32,289 nucleotides of DNA, taken from positions 52,266 through 84,554 of the forward strand of contig NW_008246193.1 in NCBI RefSeq assembly GCF_000281045.1, written 5' to 3'. The notes beneath the pieces were generated by a model. That model was given only the letters and a program-made list of their open reading frames with translations. It had not been told where the DNA came from and ran no database searches. Origin of the DNA: Saprolegnia diclina VS20 (taxonomy: Eukaryota). A program made the position numbers and the translations under genes. Position 1 is the stretch's first letter. Every line of letters starts with the position of its first letter. Below are positions 24,384 to 32,289 of this stretch, piece by piece.

Positions 24384-24749
24384 GCCACGATCTTGTCAAG
24401 CGTCGTTGGATTATCCGGAAGGCCGGATACAGCACCGTTGGCACCCACTTCGATCCTCGCAGTCGCTTTCGTCAGCCCATGGACGGCAGCACCAGGTAGC
24501 CCATCCCGTCAACTCCAAGATAGCTTTTTGTACTGGGATATGATTTTAGTAATGCCATTAAACATATTGAGTGACAATATTGGGCCCTTGTCGAAGGCAG
24601 CCTCGTAAGCGAACCTAGTCAACGAGAAATGGTGTTACTCGTTTCAATTGATTTATTCGCTGTCGACGCGTTGTGAAGTCGAGCACTATCTATAGACAGG
24701 CACCACTTAGCTTCACCACATCTCTATCGTGGCTGCACTGCCTTCAGCA

Positions 24750-25343
24750 ATGGCGCAAGTCGTTCTCAAGCCGTACGGTACGAGTCGCATGGGCGTCAAG
24801 GAGTGGCAAGTGGCCGAGTCGACGTCTCTCGCGCTCATCACCGATGGCGTATACACCGCCGCCATGTTCAACACGAGTTTGGAAGAGCTCAACGTCGAGT
24901 CCAAAGCGTACATGATCCATGGCACCCAGCTCATGCGGAAGCAGGTGCACTACCCAATGTGCGCGGCCACGGTGCTTTGCTTTGCCGGCATCGCGCTCGG
25001 GTCGTCCTTGTCGCTCACATCAGCGAGCGACGAGGAAAGCGGCTACAGCCCCATGGATGGGATGGCGCCGATGGTCGCCCCGATTCTCGGCATGGTGCTC
25101 TGGACGGTCGCGATCTGCTTCTTCATGCGGCATGCACGCAAGCTCACGCGGCAGCTCAAGGAGCGCTTTGACTCGTTTCTCGCCCGCATCAACGCCCGCG
25201 ATAGCTCGTACGGCGTCCAGTGGCAGTACCGCGAGATCTACCATCAGGGAGCAGGCGACGACAATGGCTACACCGAGTACGAGATCGTCGTCAAGCGGGA
25301 CGTCGTCGTGCCCTTTGCACTCGCCGTCAAAGTAGTCTCGTAG
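24750..25343 (+). CDS. Small two-TM protein, loosely Erf4/GOLGA7-like pattern
   Basis: 197-aa intronless ORF with genic codon usage: FNTSLEELN, two hydrophobic segments, FLARINARDSSYGVQW and EYEIVV. A paralog lies at 26007. The family assignment is weak. Confidence 0.75.
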   Translation: MAQVVLKPYGTSRMGVKEWQVAESTSLALITDGVYTAAMFNTSLEELNVESKAYMIHGTQLMRKQVHYPMCAATVLCFAGIALGSSLSLTSASDEESGYSPMDGMAPMVAPILGMVLWTVAICFFMRHARKLTRQLKERFDSFLARINARDSSYGVQWQYREIYHQGAGDDNGYTEYEIVVKRDVVVPFALAVKVVS

Positions 25344-25604
25344 TCTTCTCATTGCTGTTGAAGTGGCTTCTTCATCAAGCTAGATAAAACGTCGCTACAT
25401 AAAATGGTTAAGCTTTTCTGTGGGCACGCGGTTGAGACACTTGATCTAGACAAGCGAACTCGTGTTGGGCGAGGAGCTGGAGAAGCCGACGAGGTGCAGG
25501 CTGCTCGGGCTCGTGTGCGAGGCTGTGGCTGTAGTCTCGTCGTCTATTGTTTCGACAATAGAGTAATTCCTCACTACGTATCTTTTCAATCAAGTAGTGT
25601 TTTT

Positions 25605-25677
25605 GGTTCTTGAAGTCGAGCGGTTTAGTCACTGGTATACCACCAGGTAGAACCGGGTTCAAGTCCCGGAGATAGCC
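25605..25677 (+). other. Degenerate tRNA-like sequence (tRNA pseudogene or SINE head)
   Basis: Box A-like aagtcgagcgg, a ctggt/accag stem, and a perfect T arm ccggg-ttcaagt-cccgg (25653-25669) at tRNA-like spacing. The acceptor stem and anticodon loop are non-canonical. Confidence 0.4.
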
Positions 25678-26006
25678 CGACTACCTAAATTTTTCGAGAG
25701 ATCACCGATGCAGCACCACGAATTTCTACTTTAGCAGCCGATCGAGAGATACGAACGCTCTACCGTGTAGTACACGTTAGAAAAGCTGGAGACGACAGCA
25801 TGGCATCGGTCCGCAGATAAAGTGTAGGTCCATGGGCAGGTGAGCGACCTACTAGACACGCGGTGGGTCACCCGAGGAGTTTCTCCTGCACCCATCGAAC
25901 GGACCGGAGCAGTTGCCGCCGAGTTATTTCAGGCTGCTGGAGCTTGCAGTTGGTTGCACCCGACTCCAGTCAACTCGAGGTAGCCATTTCAGTCTCCAAC
26001 TGGCCG

Positions 26007-26560
26007 ATGGCGCAACTGGTCCTCAAGCCGTACAGCTCGGGCCGTCTGGGGTGGAAAGCAAGCGGTCTTGGCGTCAAGGAGTGGCAGATCGCCGAGTCGA
26101 CGTCCCTCAGTCTCATCACCGATGGCACATACACGCCTGCCATGTTCAACGCCAGCTTGCAAGAGCTCAACGCCGAGTCTCTGCTGCACACGACGCGGAC
26201 CATGTTGCTGATGCGTTTGCAGGTTCAGTGGCCGCTGTGCGGCGTCACGCTGGGCTGCTTTGCGGGCACGGGCCTCAGCATCTTGCTACCATTGGCTTCG
26301 TCCTACTCGGACGAACGCGACGGCCCCAAGCCGCGCAGGATCATGGTCGTTCCCATTACATGGCGCGCATCAACGCCCGCGACAATTCGTTTGGCGACGA
26401 CAGTGGCTACACCGAGTACGAGATCGTTGTTAAGCGGCTCGCGTTTGCAATTCCCATCGTCAAAGTGGTTTCGTGGGCGCACGAGACATATTGTCGTATG
26501 CAAATGGACTCGGATAAACACGCTACGGTTGAAGCGTGCACCTCGACTTTGCATATTTAG
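26007..26560 (+). pseudogene. Pseudogenised tandem paralog of 24750-25343
   Basis: MAQLVLKPY...GVKEWQIAESTSLSLITDG matches the neighbour. The second TM is deleted with a frameshift near 26358, a further 42 nt is deleted, and the ancestral TAG reads TGG. Confidence 0.85.
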
Positions 26561-27040
26561 ACGAGCAACCTCCTTTTTCTTCATTCACTGGCCTCTTCTG
26601 TCGTCGCCCGGAGCGCTTGTGGCTGCGAGTGAGGCCCATGACAACACATTCGGGTTCCGGCGTTGCCGTCGGCGGTAAAGTTGCGCAGTTTGTTGAGGGC
26701 ATCCAGAGACGCTGGTGACGGAGTGCGGCCTCAGCGACTGGAAGTTGCGGTGCAGGACGACCGGCACCGTGCGCTTGGTGCGGCCTAAATTGGACGCCTC
26801 GGGGCAAAGGAGCAAGTGGCGGCTATGTTGGCAGTCGTGTGTTGCTGACCCAAACCATGGACGATGCGCCCGGCGTCGAGCAACCAACGCAGGAAGCGAT
26901 GACTTGGTCGCCAAGAAAAGAGACACTTCTTTGGGGCCCACAAACTTTCAATCCGCGCTCGAATGCATCGACAAAAAAGGTTGTATGCATCCAGTATATT
27001 TGTTATATCAATGTATCTAGTAGCTTATGTACTAACGACA

Positions 27041-28901
27041 TCAGTGCGTGACAGTGGACTGATTGCGCGAAGAAGTAAATCCCATCTGATAGACGCCCTT
27101 ACTGTCGTCGTCAATGCGCCGTAGCGACTCGTAGTAGGAGTGGCGCGTGATCTCATTGGCTCGGAGGCGCACCACGAGCATGGTTGGCATCATTTGTGCG
27201 ACCCAACGACGCATGCCTGCAGGCACGAGCCGATAGAGGAGTGTGTACTTGGCATTGTCGATCCGAGTCAAGTGCGAAGAGGAGACCCGCAGCATCTTCT
27301 TCATCCCCAAGACACCATGGTCGATGACGATATCTCCATCAAGAGTACGAGCGACGCAGCCGCGGCCCGATGTCGCGGTTTGCCGAAGTTTTTGAATGTT
27401 GAGGTACTGCAGCACCGAGTGGCTTGGCGGCACGAACACCGTCTCGGGGAGCCAGCGCGCGTGCAGATGGATGGTTCCGACAGCAGCGACAACGACGCCA
27501 CCCGCCACAACCGCCGAGAGGTAGTACGTTTGCGGAATTGCGGTTAAATGGAGGCAGTTGGTCGACGAGGAGTAGCCGCACCGTCCAGGGACCGTTTTGT
27601 TTAAAGTTGGAAAGACAAACGCCTCCAAGGCAAAGACCAACACAAAGTTGAGCAGCGAGAAGAGCGTGAGCAGCCACGTTTGAGTCACGATGCGCGGGGT
27701 AAAGCACAGCTGAATGAACGGTCCCGTCATGATGCCAACAATCGACGCGACGAGGGCCGGCCCGCAATACACGAGGAGCGCTGCATTTGTCGACTCGATC
27801 TTGTTTTGCACCAAGTAGGTTGTAAGTGTCTGGAGGTTAGGGTTGTCCCAAAACGTCACAAACAAAATCGAAAGCCCCAGAATGGTCTTGGAGAGGCACA
27901 CGACCACGAGGCTAATGGCACTCGTAGGCGCAAATGCCCACTGGTGCACACAATAGTACAAGACGGCGCACCAGAGNNNNNNNNNNNNNNNNNNNNNNNN
28001 NNNNNNNNNNNNNNNNNNNNNNNNNNNNNNNNNNNNNNNNNNNNNNNNNNNNNNNNNNNNNNNNNNNNNNNNNNNNNNNNNNNNNNNNNNNNNNNNNNNN
28101 NNNNNNNNNNNNNNNNNNNNNNNNNNNNNNNNNNNNNNNNNNNNNNNNNNNNNNNNNNNNNNNNNNNNNNNNNNNNNNNNNNNNNNNNNNNNNNNNNNNN
28201 NNNNNNNNNNNNNNNNNNNNNNNNNNNNNNNNNNNNNNNNNNNNNNNNNNNNNNNNNNNNNNNNNNNNNNNNNNNNNNNNNNNNNNNNNNNNNNNNNNNN
28301 NNNNNNNNNNNNNNNNNNNNNNNNNNNNNNNNNNNNNNNNNNNNNNNNNNNNNNNNNNNNNNNNNNNNNNNNNNNNNNNNNNNNNNNNNNNNNNNNNNNN
28401 NNNNNNNNNNNNNNNNNNNNNNNNNNNNNNNNNNNNNNNNNNNNNNNNNNNNNNNNNNNNNNNNNNNNNNNNNNNNNNNNNNNNNNNNNNNNNNNNNNNN
28501 NNNNNNNNNNNNNNNNNNNNNNNNNNNNNNNNNNNNNNNNNNNNNNNNNNNNNNNNNNNNNNNNNNNNNNNNNNNNNNNNNNNNNNNNNNNNNNNNNNNN
28601 NNNNNNNNNNNNNNNNNNNNNNNNNNNNNNGGGACGTGCTGAGGCGTAGCGAGGACGTGGCTTCGAGAAGCGTGAAGACGGGTACGTTCCACTGGTGGTC
28701 ATCAAAGCCATGCTCGTTCATGCCGAGGTAGACAACCGAGTTGGCGATGAGGCCGAGGTTGTACGTACAGAAGGTGACAACGGTCGCCAGAGCCAGACAG
28801 AGGTTGGACAAGACAATGCCTTGGCCATAGCGCGGTGTCCGCAGTTGAACGTCATGCAGCGAAGCTCCACCGCGAGTTGGTGCTACCGGGAACCGGCCCA
28901 T
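27041..28901 (-). CDS. Uncharacterised multi-pass membrane protein, paralog 2 (interrupted by assembly gap)
   Basis: The N-terminal part MGRFPVAP...WNVPVFTLL and the C-terminal part LWCAVLYY...FTPRIVTQTWLL...SSTNC...DHGVLGMKKMLRV both align with paralog 1. Confidence 0.82.
27977..28630. other. Assembly gap (N run)
   Basis: Run of N. Confidence 1.
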
Positions 28902-29851
28902 TTCCAGTATCTAGAAATATGGCGTGCACGGTGGCTAGTCGTTTCGTCCACTATAAATGGTGACTCCAGAACTTATGGTTGGCTCGTGGGCAACGACCGA
29001 AACTGCACCCAAGCACCACGTAGCGATGCAGGCAATCGCTCGTTGTCCGAGATCGAGCAAAGCGACGTGGCTTGTACTACATGTATTGCTATAGGGAAAA
29101 TTCGTGTGCTCGCCATGAACCTCGGCGCCGATGACCATATCGGACTCATCACTCGGCGCTCTGATTGGTTCAAAGTATGTTTATAATCGGAACGCGTTTC
29201 GCGTTGCATCGGTCCAAGGGCGCTTGACATGTTGGCGTCCACGGTCGTTCGCCTTAATGGAGCTACTAGAGATCGGCGCGAGCACGAGGCAGAGACTGAG
29301 TAGAAAGAGCATGTCAACTGGATAATCCAGGGTGCAACTACTACGATCGTTGATGCTATCCCGACGCAGCCAGCGCCAGGACCGGAAACCTAACACGCAC
29401 ATGGTAGCTTCGGTGCTTGGTGGATGCAGATGGATCCTCTTCGAAGAAGGTCCATCACGGTTCGGTCCCAGAGCCTTCGCCTTTTTGAAATGAGTCATTC
29501 AAGCACCACCGTTGGACGACGTTGTCGTTGATTTAAAGCTGGGTGCGTCGGGCGAGGTGCAGTTCCCGTTGCCGTGGGATAGCACAAGTACCGACCTACT
29601 AGCCATAGCATCAAACTCTCGGCGCAGTGACGTTATGCCCAATTTGCTCGGAGCCATGGCAAACCCAAAACCGGCGACGCAGCCACCGAGGTGGCCACTA
29701 CAAGTACAAACGATCAAGTCCGCGGAACGTCGAGTTTGCATCATCTTGACAACTCTGTTGGTGTGTCGGAGCCCGAACGTACGCTTGGTCCAATATGCCA
29801 TATTCTAGCGACTGGTCTGGCTGGACTGGAGAACTGTGCAAAGCGCCGACG

Positions 29852-29951
29852 NNNNNNNNNNNNNNNNNNNNNNNNNNNNNNNNNNNNNNNNNNNNNNNNN
29901 NNNNNNNNNNNNNNNNNNNNNNNNNNNNNNNNNNNNNNNNNNNNNNNNNNN
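29852..29951. other. Assembly gap (100 N, probably unsized)
   Basis: Run of N. Confidence 1.
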
Positions 29952-30785
29952 GACACAAGGTGGGCACGTCGATCAAAATCGCGCAAAGTGAGAACAATGG
30001 AGTGGAGGGACAAATTGTCGTCTCGCTGTCCAGTCCGTTGTCCAAGCTGTTGTTCCCTGCGAGTTGAATCGCGCTGGCCGGGACCAGCGCTTCATCACCA
30101 TCGTGCCCACAATAATACGAGGACAACGATCATGCAGCAAATGGCTACAGGTAGGGCTTTTCGAGACACGACACCAAGTAGGGGCAGTTGATGGACCGGT
30201 GCGAGGTTTGGTGGCAGTTGTTGCAGCCAAAAATGTGCAGGGATCGTGTTTTCACGGCACAAATGCCTTGGGACACCATGGCAGCCACAGTGCTTTGGCA
30301 GGCGATATGTACGTCCGTGCGAAGCCGCCATGAAGCGCCGTGTCGCCCTCACCCCTCGTTGTCGTCGGCTGGGCTGCCAAGACGCCACACTGAGCAGTCG
30401 AGCGGACGGCTAGCGGGGGACTACGAATGTACTATGCAACATCGGCGATCAAAAGGCAAAGTGAAGCGATGGCTGCCATTTGCATCGGGCGTTTCAAAAA
30501 ATATGACGTGGCGCTTTGTGCGACAAGTATGTTGTTCGGACGTCGCGGAACGGCGTTTGAAGGCTTGCACATGGCCCATCGAATGTCTGCTGCCGATTTG
30601 CATTGCTAGTACGCATGACGTACTCGAACACAACACAGCGCCAATCGAAAACTCCTGTTTTTAAACGATGGGTCTTCTGTAGTGGGATCACAAAACCCTC
30701 GCACGCAACAAAAGAACGGCGCCTCGATAATATAGATACGTTGGTAGACCTCCCAGAGACTTCCAGAGACGTGGGCACTTGTGTC

Positions 30786-31147
30786 NNNNNNNNNNNNNNN
30801 NNNNNNNNNNNNNNNNNNNNNNNNNNNNNNNNNNNNNNNNNNNNNNNNNNNNNNNNNNNNNNNNNNNNNNNNNNNNNNNNNNNNNNNNNNNNNNNNNNNN
30901 NNNNNNNNNNNNNNNNNNNNNNNNNNNNNNNNNNNNNNNNNNNNNNNNNNNNNNNNNNNNNNNNNNNNNNNNNNNNNNNNNNNNNNNNNNNNNNNNNNNN
31001 NNNNNNNNNNNNNNNNNNNNNNNNNNNNNNNNNNNNNNNNNNNNNNNNNNNNNNNNNNNNNNNNNNNNNNNNNNNNNNNNNNNNNNNNNNNNNNNNNNNN
31101 NNNNNNNNNNNNNNNNNNNNNNNNNNNNNNNNNNNNNNNNNNNNNNN
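30786..31147. other. Assembly gap (N run)
   Basis: Run of N. Confidence 1.
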
Positions 31148-31299
31148 AATGTGTCAAGATAAAACCAATTTCGTCGAACTCCGACTAGTATGTGCTAGCA
31201 AGAGATTGCTTTGTCCAATGTACAGCAACGAGGGGTTTCTTGTGATGGCACCCAACAGACGAAGATATATAACCAAGGTCATGCATACCCTTGATTTTG

Positions 31300-32289
31300 T
31301 TAGGAGAAGCCCAAAGCGCACACTTCGTCACCGTCGACGTGGACGTTGTGCATCGGCACGTAGTACGACCGGCGCGTGATCTTGTCCTTGTCGATATGTA
31401 CAACGAGAATGGTCCGAAACCGGTGGGCCAAGGCCGACCGAATGCGGCGCGGTAAGAACCAGTGGAAAAGCTCATACTGTGCGTTGGCGAGGCGCGTGAG
31501 GTACGTATTCGTAATCCGCAGCATGTTTTTCATCACTAGAATGCCCGAGTCGACGACAACGTCTCCATCAAAGTTGCGAACGACGCAGCCACGGCCCGAC
31601 GTGGCGATCTCGCGCAGGTCTTGAATGCCGAGGTACTGCAGCATCGAGTGCGTCGGGGGCACCCGCAGCGAGTCGCGGAAGCAGCAAGCGTGGATCCGTA
31701 TCGTGCCGACAGCCACTACGACAACGGCGCCCCCGACGACGGCCGAGAGGTAGTACGTGTGCGGAATCGCTGTCAAATGGATGCAGTTGGTCGACGACGC
31801 AAAGCCGCATGGTCCGGGCACACTCAAGTTCATGTAGGGGAACACGATGGTTTCAAGGCCAAAGACGAGACCCCAGTTGAGCAATGTGAAGAGCGTGAGC
31901 AGCCACGTCTGGGTCACGACACGAGGCGTAAAGCAAAGCTGTATGAGCGGCCCGGTCATGATGCCCACGATCGACGCGACGAGCGCCGGCCCACAAACCG
32001 CCAAAATGATTGTCTTTGTCGACGCGATCGGATTTTGCACAAAGTACGTGGTGAGCGTCTGCAAATTCGCATTGCCCCAGATCGTGACCAGGAGCACGGT
32101 GATGCCCAGCACGTTCTTGGAGAGGCAGACCGCGACGAGGCAGATGCGGCTCTGCTTTGCAAAGAGCCATTGCAGCATCGTGTAGTACGCCGTCACCATC
32201 CAGAGTAAGATCGTGTTCATGCGCAAGATCGAGCTGCACGCCCAGCGCACGTTGACGCGGCCTTGCATTTGCAAGAGCCACCCGAGGCC
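31300..32289 (-). CDS. Uncharacterised multi-pass membrane protein, paralog 3 (5' part beyond window)
   Basis: Open frame to the window edge. CGPALVASIVGIMTGP, FTPRVVTQTWLL, SSTNC and VDSGILVMKNMLR are shared with paralogs 1 and 2. Confidence 0.88.
   Translation of the reverse strand, partial: GLGWLLQMQGRVNVRWACSSILRMNTILLWMVTAYYTMLQWLFAKQSRICLVAVCLSKNVLGITVLLVTIWGNANLQTLTTYFVQNPIASTKTIILAVCGPALVASIVGIMTGPLIQLCFTPRVVTQTWLLTLFTLLNWGLVFGLETIVFPYMNLSVPGPCGFASSTNCIHLTAIPHTYYLSAVVGGAVVVVAVGTIRIHACCFRDSLRVPPTHSMLQYLGIQDLREIATSGRGCVVRNFDGDVVVDSGILVMKNMLRITNTYLTRLANAQYELFHWFLPRRIRSALAHRFRTILVVHIDKDKITRRSYYVPMHNVHVDGDEVCALGFS

Noticed and set aside
25605..25677. Functional tRNA-Val(TAC)
   Set aside because: The acceptor stem pairs poorly, U33 and purine 37 are missing, and the D stem is not well formed.
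27912..28711. Apparent frameshift in membrane paralog 2
   Set aside because: The frame change falls across a 654-N gap of estimated size, close to the length expected from paralog 1.

Overview
Eukaryotic, GC-rich, gene-dense DNA with very short (about 40-65 nt) GT-AG introns. The gene families point to an oomycete, probably Saprolegniales (inference). The left 18.6 kb holds intact genes: MATE transporter, Lsm11-like Sm protein, secreted PAN/Apple-mucin-tyrosinase-like protein, Rab11-like GTPase, SUC/SLC45-type sugar symporter, coiled-coil/START-like protein, ATG7, secreted PEBP and a CTD small phosphatase, plus one decayed membrane-protein gene. The right part is a more dynamic region with three paralogous multi-pass membrane genes, a CEP83-like gene, a gene/pseudogene pair, a tRNA-like remnant, decayed ORFs and three assembly gaps. 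The most interesting items are: (1) a hairpin with ~95-bp arms at 19287-19535 whose arm has a diverged single copy 7 kb away; (2) an Lsm11-like (U7 snRNP-type) gene in a non-metazoan; (3) a tyrosinase-like domain lacking 5 of 6 copper-ligand histidines. All family calls are by eye and from recalled motifs; no database search was run.
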